NCBI RefSeq assembly: GCF_963853765.1
Contig: NC_088855.1
Span: 558,001 to 622,000, forward strand
Source of the DNA: Magallana gigas
Taxonomy: Eukaryota
Direction of reading: 5' to 3'
Length of the DNA stretch: 64,000 nucleotides
In this document: positions 12,462 to 24,045 of the stretch, in pieces
Numbering within the stretch: the stretch's first letter is position 1
How the letters are laid out: the number at the start of each line of letters is the position of its first letter
Made by a program: the position numbers and the translations under genes
The notes under the pieces: generated by a model
Databases searched by the model: none
What the model was told of the DNA's origin: nothing
Seen by the model: only the letters and a program-made list of their open reading frames with translations

Positions 12462-13458
12462 TATTTTGTAAATTGTGTATTTATACCCAGATCAAGAAAA
12501 TTTACAACGTTATAATTTCAATTTCCTATAAGTAAAGTGAAAGATAAGTATAACTTCAAAATTAAACAATGTGATGCATTGTAAATTTCGTATACACCCC
12601 TCAAGAAAATATGAAGAAAGTATTTCTGGACTAAAAAGTACATGACTTTGTATTTCGTGAAACCATGTAAACCAATAAACAAAATTATTCTTATGTTTAA
12701 ACACAAAATAATCTAAAGAACAAATACAAATTAACTGTATTTTTTGTATTGAATAAATCAAATATACATGTATAAATATCAGTTCATTAATATGTGTTTA
12801 TTTGCTGTTGAATTTAGAACACCGTTTTCATGATCAAAACCCCACGATGCTGGTAAATTTTCAATGGACTTGGGTCTTTATTTGCCACCTTTGGTCTCAA
12901 TATTCAACGTTGAAAAATGACCCCGGCTCAATTTTCCACTTTGATCAAAATTCTTCGCTACAACGGCATTATAGGCAGCAACATTGATTTCATTTACACT
13001 CCTCTTAAATTGGATGAAATTGGCCAACTTGCAGAGTAATGACAGATTTCTATCATAAAAAAGGAACACCACCCCCCCCCCCCCCCAAAAAAAAAAGAAA
13101 GAAAAAAAACCCCACCATAATATATCCATTCCCCCCTTCCAAACCCCCCCCCCCCCAAAACAAAAGAAAAAAAACAAAACAGACGAACAAAAACAACAAA
13201 ATACGCATAAAGTTTTAATGCATTTGCCATGAAACAAAAACAAAAAATTCCAATATCATTGAAAATATTTTGAATCAAAATAAAATTAAGGCGTCATTCT
13301 TTACACTAGAAATAATTAACTGCATTGTTCCGCGCAGTTATATTGATTATGATATATATACATAATTACATATCATGCAGTGATGCCATCATGACATTTC
13401 ACGACTGGAGTAAGACAGAAACCAACTAAGGTACGAGTATTTTCATTGGTCATTATGG

Positions 13459-13992
13459 TTATTCCTGTAACAGTCGGAGGAATATTCCAACAGAACACCC
13501 CAGCACTACGATCTGTGCCAGGAACTTGGAGAGCGACACGAAGTAGTCCATGGCCCGCTGGGTTCTGTTAGAGAGAGAGCAGCAGAACACACACTGGGCC
13601 AGCGCCCGCACCGTGACCTCAAGGACGGCCCAGCCGGCCTTGACATACTGAATCCAATGAACAAGCTCCCGAGTGTTAACAGCGATAGCTAGGGCCACGC
13701 CCATCTGAGGAACATCCTCCACCCATGTGGATACCATGGACACGGTGTCCGCCAAAACACAGGACCCACTCTCCGTGAACATTTCTATAGCGAGGTTGAT
13801 GACCTCAAACACAAAGGTCAGTGACCCCAGAGCGGCGACCACAAGGATGACCCAGTGTAGATAGCCGTGGTTCACTATGTAAGAGTCGCTACTCTCCTTG
13901 ACCCGAGAATAGAACAACCAATCACAGGAAAGGTCAACTCCCTCAAGGACGAACACCACCACTAGCACGGCCCAATGGCGACAGGAGGCCAT
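13459..13992 (-). CDS. Uncharacterised 4-5 TM membrane protein, 177 aa, with XK-like motifs (paralog A)
   Basis: Uninterrupted GC-rich ORF from ATG 13992 (MASCRHW...). It carries DLSCDWLFY and WVEDVPQ motifs and aligns without gaps, ~46% identical by hand count, to 29658-30188. An acceptor (tttcag) lies at 14037-14038 and a candidate 5' UTR donor (AAG|gtaaga) at ~14740. Confidence 0.85.
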   Translation of the reverse strand: MASCRHWAVLVVVFVLEGVDLSCDWLFYSRVKESSDSYIVNHGYLHWVILVVAALGSLTFVFEVINLAIEMFTESGSCVLADTVSMVSTWVEDVPQMGVALAIAVNTRELVHWIQYVKAGWAVLEVTVRALAQCVFCCSLSNRTQRAMDYFVSLSKFLAQIVVLGCSVGIFLRLLQE

Positions 13993-14125
13993 CTTTCTTC
14001 TCCTTGGAAACAAAGCCTCAATCGTGTCAAGGTCACTGAAACATTGATGAGCGAAATATTAACGTAAACATTTCTCTTTATGTCAGAGTTTGATGGTACT
14101 GGTTTGTTATCTGCAAACATTCTCT

Positions 14126-14483
14126 TTTATTATACTTTCATGTTAAATACTGAAATCTGATTGGTTTAGACGCAGTTGATAATCCGTTCTATTACCCTCA
14201 GCATTAGCAACACACTTAACAACGGGTAGCATAACGAATTGTTACATGCGCGTACGGTTCGCAGTAGAATTCAAGTCATTTCTATAGAAAAGCATTGGAG
14301 TTTTCTTTAAAATTGACATTAAGTATAATAAAATAAATAGTGCCTGTTTGGGAGGATACAGTTAAAATCGACACCCCTCGAAAACCATTGTCAACCTCCG
14401 CTTCGCGTCGGTTGACAATAGTTTTCTCGGGGTGTCAATTTCAACTGTTACACTCCCAAACAGGCACTATTTATATAATGTTT
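14126..14483 (+). mobile_element. Hairpin-type repeat, Crypton-like, copy 2
   Basis: Same termini as the 12085 copy, with the intact central hairpin ttgtcaacctccgcttcgcgtcggttgacaa. Confidence 0.7.
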
Positions 14484-15198
14484 TGAGATATGAAAAAAAT
14501 ACTTGCAACACTCCGTTTAAATTGCAAATGCTTTAAAATATCACCACAGTAATATATCTCAGAGACCTTATTTCAGCATGACCCGCTGCCAGCTGTATTC
14601 AATACCGTTAGGTATACGCAATAAACCTCGATATGCCATGCCTTTAGCATAGATCTTTACGGTTGTTGAAATATTAGGGGTGTTCGAATTGGAAAGCACC
14701 AACACGCATCACCACCTCCGTGCAGTAGCCATATCTTACCTTGAGTGTGACAGTCTACACTGGGATATCAGCGGCCATTGTTACTCGGCCGGACTACCCC
14801 ATTCTACAGATAACAGCCGAGTACAAGTGTTGACATCCGTGTATAAACACAGGTACAGCAGGTGTTACTAAACACAGGTACAGCAGGTGTTACCGGCGTG
14901 TTATTGTCAGTAATTACAGGGACATCCTAGCGTTGACTTGAGGACCAGTCAATCGGAGACATATTGAATACATGTCACCGAGAGCTTTCGAGGAAATGAA
15001 TGAAAGGTACATGTGGTTACTTCACAGGAATATTTTTTTAACTTATCAATTCCAGTTCAAACAAAATTGGAAGCACATGATTCAGTGGTCATTGGCGTTT
15101 GGCCAGTAACCCAAAGGCTGCTTGTCGAAACTTCGCGCTCTGATCAATTGATGTTGTGTTTTGATGTTGAGTTTACCTGTGATGGACTGGTGTCCCAT

Positions 15199-16266
15199 GG
15201 GGGGGGGGGGGGTCAGTGAGTCCCATCAACCTAGCACCACTTACGGATACAGGGATAAGCACCGGCCTTATGCGTCGTCATACCTATTTTCTGAAAATCA
15301 GGAGGGTTTTTTTCATCCAACTTTGCTTTTTTTTCGCACATCTGACTTTTACATATGTAAATATACTTCTTATGCATCATGTCATCTTTCGTTATCAAGA
15401 AATTGTCTGCTGGTTTTGGTAAATTATTTCAAGGTGTAGTGAGCCACTTTAAAGAATTTATTTATTTTTTATGATATTATGATGTACATGTAAATACTTC
15501 GCATCGTACACCCCTATGTCATGATTGGAATGGAATTGTTTGCACATTGTTTATAGGCGTCGGAACGGGGGGGGGGGGGGGGCACTTTATTGCAAAGGTA
15601 TATATTACCATAATGAAAGACCCTATTTTAAGTCTACCCCCCCCCCCCCCACGTTCAATATGCTTCCAACGTCACTGTTGTTAACTTCTCCGAAGGTATG
15701 ACGACGCATAAGGCCGGTGCTTATCCCTGTATCCGTAAGTGGTGCTTGGTTGATGAGACTCACTGACCCCCCTTGTGTCTTTGTGTCACACAGTGAGTCC
15801 CATCAACCTAGCACCACTTACGGATACAGGGATAAGCACCGGCCTTATGCGTCGTCATACCTTCGGAGAAGTTAACAACAGTGACGTTGGAAGCATATTG
15901 AAAGTGGGTGGGGGGGGGGGGGTAGACTTAAAATAGGGTCTTTCATTATGGTAATATATACCTTTGCAATAAAGTGCCCCCCCCCCCCGTTCCGACGCCT
16001 ATAAACAATGTGCAAACAATTCCATTCCAATCATGACATAGGGGTGTACGATGCGAAGTATTTACATCATAATATCATAAAAAATAAATAAATTCTTTAA
16101 AGTGGCTCACTACACCTTGAAATAATTTACCAAAACCAGCAGACAATTTCTTGATAACGAAAGATGACATGATGCATAAGAAGTATATTTACATATGTAA
16201 AAGTCAGATGTGCGGAAAAAAAAGCAAAGTTGGATAAAAAAAACCCTCCTGATTTTCAGAAAATAG
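15199..16266. repeat. ~1-kb palindrome: a MITE with ~72-bp TIRs (about 15207-15772) followed by an inverted, end-truncated copy (15791-16266)
   Basis: 15284-15765 is the near-perfect reverse complement of 15791-16266. The unit cagtgagtcccatcaacc...gtcatacct occurs at 15214 (+), 15694 (-) and 15791 (+). Confidence 0.9.
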
Positions 16267-16296
16267 TTCAGTACTATTAGTAATATTGAGTAAAGC

Positions 16297-16362
16297 CCCA
16301 GTCGAGTTCTATCTCATGGTCTGCTGTTCACACAACCGACACTTTAACCAATGAGCTATGGT
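16297..16362 (-). repeat. Degenerate tRNA-derived (SINE-head-like) sequence
   Basis: Minus strand reads tagctcattggttaaagtgtcggttgtgtgaacagcagaccatgagatagaactcgactggggc, with a clear A-box and a decayed B-box. Confidence 0.4.
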
Positions 16363-17091
16363 GATATTCAACCAAATCGATTGATAAACTCCCACTGGTC
16401 CTCCTAACTCAACGCGAGTTATCTTCTTTTTAAGCGTGGCATTAAAAACAGGCTAAACAGAAAAAATATTCAGTCATTTTCCCTCTAGGCTAAAAAAGTA
16501 GCTCATATTTTGACACAATTTAACATTACAAAAACTTTAAATCGCCATCTTGTGACGTAGTTTGTTGAAAAGTATAAGCATCGATGTATCTTAAAAATAT
16601 TAAAACGACTCCTTATATAACACTGATGCGGTTTACGTATTTTAATGGTAATGCTCCAAACTTTCATAGCAGCATGAACCACCATAGAAAGCATTTCATT
16701 ATTTGAATGAAAGCAGCTGGTTGTTGTTTGTAATAGGGATATGGGTGACTATAGGTCCAGCAGCCCAAAGTCGAAGAATCGTTAGAACTTGGTAATAATT
16801 AAGACTTTGAGACTATAAAATACTAACTAATATCTTCTTAAAAACTTCGGTATAAAGAAAACAACACAACATCTTACTATTTAATAATGAAATAAAAAAA
16901 TAATCCAATGGTATTTTATGTAAAATAAATATGGTTAAACACTTCGAAAATATTCAAAGTTTTAAAAAGGAGAGAAGTTTTAAGAGAAAAGAATATTTCT
17001 GATTCATATAGTTAAAATGATGACGACGTGATTTTCAATCTGCAGGAAATTGTTCAAAGTGTGTTTAAAAGAGAATTGTTTATTGACATAT

Positions 17092-20000
17092 TTACATATG
17101 TAAAATAAGATAATTTAGATATGTTGCATAGACCCCAAATCCTAAACCGGAAGTGTGGGCGAGACAGTCGTCTGCAACGAAAAAGAAATAACAGATATGA
17201 AAAAAAACCAATGAATGTAAAATGATGTGAATTTAAAGCAAACAAGAAAATATACATGTTTATAGCGAAGTAAATTTGCAAGTCCCCAAAGCTTCGTCGT
17301 AAGCGGGTTTTACGGTAGATGTATACCAATAATATTAATTAATTTGACACATACATGAAAGTATAAATTTATCATAAATAACATTTTAAAAAACTATAAA
17401 GACAGATAGCTGATACTGGGAGCTAAAATTCGGGTCCTAGGACTGTAGAATCACTAGAATGGATCTGTTTTAAAATGATACGATAATTTTATCATTCAGT
17501 CTGTTTATCTTAATTATATTTTATGCCTGTTAATTGTCTGTCTTAATCATTTAATGTTCTGTACACCATAGATTTAATTATTTTAAGTTAAGCGCTTTAG
17601 AGTATATTTTATCATATCTAGAACTATATAACTTTTTTTATATAATAATCACAATAAACACACCAAGATAGCGTACATTCCAAAATGGGAACTTTTAGTT
17701 CATTTTTCCTGTAGAGGCAACATGAATAAAAACGTGCCTCATTTAAATCTGTCAGTTTTGAGCTGTAATGCATTCAATCATTTTCTCTGATAACACACGT
17801 GTTTATGACAGATCCAGAAAAAAAATATAATTTAAAAAAAAAATTGTTAACGTTGACTGCTTCTTGTGACGCAGTTTTGTTGATATACGTCTTTTTTTTT
17901 TTTTTAGAAATCCTAATTTTTTTTATAACGGACTAATTACAAACCAAATGTACATGTATATTGTGAGCAAGATATAAACTAGAGATGACGCATGGTGGCT
18001 ACACACAGAGAGACATGACGATATGTTACCTTTCATTCCCTTCTCTCTCATCAGCTTCCTCATGGTAGGACTAGAATTTGTCCTGAAAAATACAAAGTCT
18101 GTTTAATCCTCGTTTTGACTTAATAATTGTAAAAAATTGCCTTGAGCAGGAAGGTAGAACGACGTACTTTGTTTTGGTTGAATATAAATGTATATAATAC
18201 TAATAGTACCCAGAAAGATATCGGAAACTTTGGCCGGTTTCATACGCTAAAATTGTCTCGTTCTTATGAATAATTCATGCCCTAGTCCATAGGCTTCTTT
18301 ACACTTTCTTGACGGAAATGCCACTAGTCACGTTATAAAACCAAGGCATTCGTGTGTGTTATATAACAACGGCAAAGTTTCATTACATAATCATAATTTT
18401 CATACATCAAAAAGCTACTAAAAATTTTTTCGCTATCTCTGGGTTGAAAATATAATCATGAAAATAGAAAATTTCAATGGCTTGGCCTACACTAGCGTAG
18501 GCGACACTCATTGAGGGTTTACGAAGATGAAAAGATACAAGTTAAGTACAAATTGTAAGCTCACTCGGCCTTAAGCTCCTTCTCTTGCTGTTCCTCGTAG
18601 GACTCCTTCGATTCCTGCTCCGCTAGTTGTTTGGCCTTTTCTATCGTTTCCTTGGAGACGTTCATTCCCTTGTATACGTCATGCACCATCTCGTCGGTCA
18701 GCTGTTCAAGGTCGTCCAAGGTCATTCTGAAGCATCCATAGTGCGTGTCCATCCAGCGCAGGGTCATGGCCATCCAGTCCTCTCTCATGAAGCTCTCGTA
18801 TCCCAGGGGGCCACACAGCACGGCTAATACACACAAAACAAGACAAAAACCTTAGCGACCCCAGTCAAGGTTAGTCTATCATAGATTAAGCGAGTAATCA
18901 CTCGTCGAAATATATATAACTTACTTTGCTCCAAGAACAGATCTCTGTTTATGCTTTTCACATTTGTTTTCTTGACAAGACCTTCAGCCTCTTTATAGAT
19001 TTTTTCGCACATCCGTGATTGCACATCCCTTATTTTCTTCCCCTTTAGGTTTCTCTCCACGTCTTTTAAACAACCTACCTACAACAGAGTTCTTATATTG
19101 AAACTATGACGTTATTTTCAATTTAAACACCGAACAACATTAACATTTAGTGTGGTTTTTATCATTCCTTTGAACTTTTTTTTTCAGGTGCTACAGTATT
19201 GATGTTTCAAATTCTAACCATTTCAATGTACATTGCGATATTTGATTGAACTAATCTTTTATATATTTCTTTCTGTGTTTAAATCAATAGATCCAAATGC
19301 TAGAACCAATGATGTTTATAAATCAATAGATCCAAATGCTAGAACCACTTACGTGTTCTATGACAATGAAATACAGAAGCTGATGTGTGAGGGCGTATTG
19401 AGACGTGTCCGGTGACGTCATAAAATCCCAACATTCCGGCGTCACCGTGCAACGAGGTAGATTCCTTAAAATGATAGCAATAATAGGTCATATTTTGTCA
19501 ATATACCCCAACCCCTTCAATTAAGAAATGACCAACAATTCAAAAAGTTCACCAGGATATGAACTTGGTTGGACACGTATTAATCAAATCCCGTGAAGCC
19601 CGAAGGGCATCTCAGAAGATTTGGTCATGCACCAACCAAGTTCATATCCTGGTGAACTTTTTAACATTGATGTTTATTACTTACATTTACGTTTGAGAGA
19701 GGCAAATCGCCCAGAATTATCAAAATTTCAAATTTGTTTACAATGATTTAATCGTTAAACAATAAGCGCGCGCTGTAACCATTGTGATGCCATGAAAAAG
19801 TTCAGACATAATTTTGTTATTCTAAAGGTTCATATAAGGAAGTGAGTTTGATACAGTTAAGCATTGAGTTTTTACGCCATCCTTAGAGCCAAATATATCC
19901 TACTTGTCAAACGTTCCCATGACCCTGGCGTAACAAGCGTCCCCGTAATCTTCGTCATATGACGTATTGGTCCCCAGCTTGACGGATCCAAGTTCTGCTT

Positions 20001-21490
20001 TGTCAAACAACATGGCTTGGTAGGGGAGGATCCAGGCTTTTGCAATGGTTTGGTAGAAACGTTCGTAGTAGGCGGGGTCCGAATCTTTGACGTAAGGCAG
20101 GGCCTTGTCGGAGGTTTCCCCTACCTTTGATTCGAGGTCCTTTATTTTGGACAGGTAGCGTGCCGAACAGACTGGCCTCTTGTGGCATTCCTCCACCGCC
20201 GCCAAAATCTGACCTTAAAGTAAAACGTCTCAGTCAGACATTTTACACTGAATGAACTAGGAAGGAATTTGATTCCAATAACGAGAAATGATAGGTAATC
20301 TTTAAACCAAAGGGCAAAGTGTAGTTTGGAACGATGGTAACGGTGCACTTGAGAGCTAGCAAGGGTCAGCAAAGGTCGGACAAAAACAATGGTAAAAACA
20401 AGTATGTTTTCTAAATGTTATTAATGATCATTATGAATGTCGAATAACATTAATGTCTTCCATATGAAAATACGATGTAACTTAAAGTCTAATACACCTC
20501 CAGTTTTAGTGATCGAGATGACAAAATCGTCAAAACGTGAGCACATTTCATGATTTGTCAATGCCATACATATATATTTTTTATATGCTGCATTTATATC
20601 CCCAGAGAAATCGCGTGGCTCAGCCATGACATATTATCTATCATGCCTATATTGCCGAATACTGTGTAATACTTCCTCAAAACCACCCAGTTCAGACAAA
20701 ATCAGAAAGTTATCCAATTCACAAACAACCAATAGCTTGAATACGTTTAACAAAAGACTTTCATAAGTTAATTAATAAATAACAATTACTTGTTAATTAT
20801 CAGAGACTATTTTCAAAACTTTGGAGATGAAATACAGCATAGTTATTTAACGAATGTCAACTGCTACGAAATTTCCTCTTATTTTCAATTTTAAAAACCA
20901 TAGATCTTTGAATGTAGATACAAGGTGTTACAGTAACTAATCACGAACAATCATGATTCTATCAAAGCGATATACCATATTTTACAGATAAAGCTACACG
21001 TCTTTATTTATTTTCAAAAGGCCGGGTATTTTTTCTGCATGAAACTTCAATCTTAAGGAATCTATCCTTTTGAGAAAAAAGTCTTTTCATTCCTTCCTTT
21101 GAAAATGGAACATCGTGTGTAAGTATGGCGATATGTATATACCAACCTTTAAAGATAAAGTTTTTAAAATACGTAATCTATTATTCTATTCGTAGGCGAA
21201 TATCTATTATAAAATGTTTTAGCACTGTTTATGAAATATCCATCCCTTATAAACAAGTACCTGTTGCTTGATCCGCGCCCGTTCAAGATTTACGTAAAAA
21301 TTCCCCACGCACCTTGCGCCATTCTGAGACCAAACAGTCCGTCCACGTTGATGTCGCTGTAGTCGGAGCTGAAAAACTTCGACTGCTTCTCCAGATTGTC
21401 CAGGACCCTATCCAGAAGACCGTTTCCAGAATTCACCACGAAGCCCGAGGCCCCGAGCCCACAGAGGGCGATAAGTAGCGCCCTGATCAT
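17092..21490 (-). CDS. C16orf89: Secreted UPF0764/C16orf89-family protein, 381 aa
   Basis: Exons 21313-21490, 19904-20213, 19353-19464, 18925-19078, 18565-18823, 18030-18082, 17092-17171 (1146 nt, all phases match). Signal peptide MIRALLIALCGLGASG. Family motifs: INVDGLFGLR, LPYVKDSDPAYYERF, YALTHQLLYF, RDLFLEQ..LCG..G, W....YGCF, DCLAHTSG. Confidence 0.9.
19542..19662. mobile_element. Short palindromic element with a central C(GAA)G mini-hairpin
   Basis: Inverted arms aaaaagttcaccaggatatgaacttggttgg and ccaaccaagttcatatcctggtgaacttttt, with gcccgaagggc at 19598-19608. Confidence 0.65.
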
Positions 21491-21805
21491 TGCGCTGTGA
21501 AGTTATTGAGTGACGGGGTTAGGTGGTCTGCTGTCGTTATCTCTCAGATAGCGAGCAGTCGCGACCAACATTTAGTTCTCTCGATATACGAGTATTCTAG
21601 ACACATAGAGATTATACATTTCAAAAGAAAACGTTTTATACGTGATAATTTATCAAATGATACGCGAATAAAAATGTGCTCCCTGTTTTCAGTGTTAAAT
21701 TTAATACTTTAACAGACTCTTTAAAATTTGATTGTGCCTGTGTAACGATATATAAAACAAGTGTGAAAAAGCAATCGATATTTACTTAATTTAACAGTAT
21801 ATAAA

Positions 21806-22508
21806 TTGAAACCCCGAGAAAACCATTGTCAACCGACGCGAAGCGGAGGTTGACAATGGTATCGAGGGGTGTCAGTTTCAACCGTTATCCTCCCAAACAG
21901 GCACTATTTATTTTGTTATACTGAATGTCTTAATTTTGAAGAAAATTTTACTGCTTTTATATAGGAATAACGTGAATTCTACAGCGAACCGTACGCGCAT
22001 AATTTTCGCGCATGTAACAATTTTTATTGTTATACTTTCATGTTAAATACTGAAATCTGATTGGTTAAGACGCAGTTAATAATATTTACTATTACCCTCA
22101 GCGTTAGCAACGCACTTGGCAACGGGTAACATTAAAAAATGTTACATGCGCGAAAATTATGCGCGTACGGTTCGCTGTAGAATTCACGTTATTCCTATAT
22201 AAAAGCAGTAAAATTTTCTTAAAAATTTTAGAAAAGACATTCAGTATAACAAAATAAATAGTGCCTGTTTGGGAGGATAACAGTTGAAATTGACACCCCT
22301 CGAAAACCATTGTCAACCTCCGCTTTGCGTCGGTTGACAATGGTTTTCTCGGGGTGTCAATTTCAACTGTTACCCTCCCAAACAGGCACTATTTATATAA
22401 TGTTACCCGTTGCTAAGTGCGTTGCTAACGCTGAGGGTAATAGAAAGGATTATGAACTGCTTCTTAACCAATCAGATTTCAGTATTTAACTTGAAAGTAT
22501 AACAATAA
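21806..22508. mobile_element. Nested hairpin-type repeats: a full + copy (22026-22404) inserted into a - copy of the same family
   Basis: 21806-22025 and 22403-22508 join into one minus-strand copy, split at ...catgtaacaattttt | aatgttacccgttgc by an intact plus-strand copy. Confidence 0.8.
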
Positions 22509-22599
22509 AATTTGCCTACGTACAGAATATTGTGATCACAATATGGCCTTGAAAGTGATCAAATTGGAAAGGGGATCCAAATCTTACAAGTATTATCAG

Positions 22600-23295
22600 G
22601 GTGTTGCTAAAACGCGGAATGGAAAACGGAAAAAATACTATGACGTTGAAGGTGGCTCACTACACCGTGAAATATTTCATCAAATCAGCAGAAAATTACT
22701 TGATTATGATCATAATGAAGAAGTATTTAAGCCTAATAGATGATATGCGGTTCAGAAGCCCAATATTTTATCCACTCATCTACGACGATATACAACACAC
22801 TTGAACGATATAAACAGTTTAACAAAGCATTAAAATCGCCATCTTGTGACGCAGTGTCTTAAAAAGTATAAGGGTAGGTGTGTGAGGTGCACACACGATG
22901 ATTAAATAAGCTATTAATTTAAAAATAACTTTTGAATTATTTTCCATTTGTAATATTGTTGGAATGATAGTGTAGGGCAGTTAGTTGAGCGTTTGGTTGT
23001 GTTTTTCATGACTTCGAACCTTGTATTTTAGGCATGACATCTTCTTTACGTTTACCTACATGATTGTATAGTCCTGAAACTTAATCCGAATAGAGCGCTG
23101 GATATGTTGTTTAGTTTGATAAAATGGGACTAGTGGTCAAAGCATTTAATGTTAATTGAGAGAAAATCCTACACTTTCTAAATATATAAAATTGAATATG
23201 AATAAAAGTTTTAACAATATTAAGAATTTACAGTAAGTATAACATTTTCCGTATTCCATTCCGTTCCGCTTTCCGTTCCGCGTTTTAGCGACACC
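22600..23295. mobile_element. ~700-bp MITE
   Basis: Inverted termini ggtgttgctaaaacgcggaatggaaaacggaa and ttccgttccgcgttttagcgacacc. Confidence 0.6.
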
Positions 23296-24045
23296 AATAT
23301 TTTCAAAGGGCTAGATAAATAATGGCAGGATAAATAATAGCAACATAACAAGTAAAAAGGACATGCATTGCCAAAATATGGGGGATCTACCCTTCCCCTT
23401 TCTCATTTTCCACGACCCTTGCTGCAAAACCTGCCTTCATAGACGTTATGTATTTATATAAACGATAGTTAATCTGGCTGTAATGAAATGCTTGTTTTAT
23501 ATATCAAGGTACAAAGTGAATGTGCACACACATAAACAATTTTTTTTCTACGTAACAAATTTTACATAATAAAATTTTTATTTTATATCTTTATTTTTGA
23601 CCACATATGAAATCTGTTTTCATTCACAGTTATAAAAGAAAAATGCAATAAATGTGATACAATGTGAGCTACAGACTAGCCTGGCTTCTGTAGAAAGTTC
23701 TGCATTTAGAAAAAATCCCTGTGGACATTAGCTCTTACAAACAGTAATACTACAACATGTAAGGAAGGTCTACAAAGTAGGTCATCAGCTGTCCCACTCA
23801 TGGGTCAAGGTCATGATCAATCCCTGACCATCCCCACACAAAGCACTTCTCACCACAAGAGCTGACTAATCACCACAAGAGCTGACTAATCGCCCCCGAG
23901 GACTCAAGTATCCATTCCTCCTCCAATAGGGGAGGTCTTGTAGAAAACATGGCGGAGAGTTCTCTTTCACTCACTTCATGATTTCACATAAATATAACAC
24001 AATGTACAAATATCTGTTCTGTACAATACATCAGCCCCCCACAGA

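Noticed and set aside
12878-13278. Gly/Phe-rich ORFs 12878-13243 and 12994-13278
   Set aside because: They are produced by poly-C and poly-A runs of a low-complexity repeat.
20421-20627. 68-aa minus-strand ORF with a good ATG context in C16orf89 intron 1
   Set aside because: AT-rich, no recognisable homology and not needed for the gene model.
22543-22804. Basic ORFs 22543-22743 and 22601-22804
   Set aside because: They run across a MITE terminus (ctaaaacgcggaatggaaaacgg), with no splice support or recognisable motif.
16543-22851. Recurrent cgccatcttgtgacg (YY1 plus CRE-like) motif at 16543, 22837 and, partially, 17859
   Set aside because: One copy lies inside a MITE and the flanks are shared, so it is more simply explained as repeat debris than as a regulatory module.
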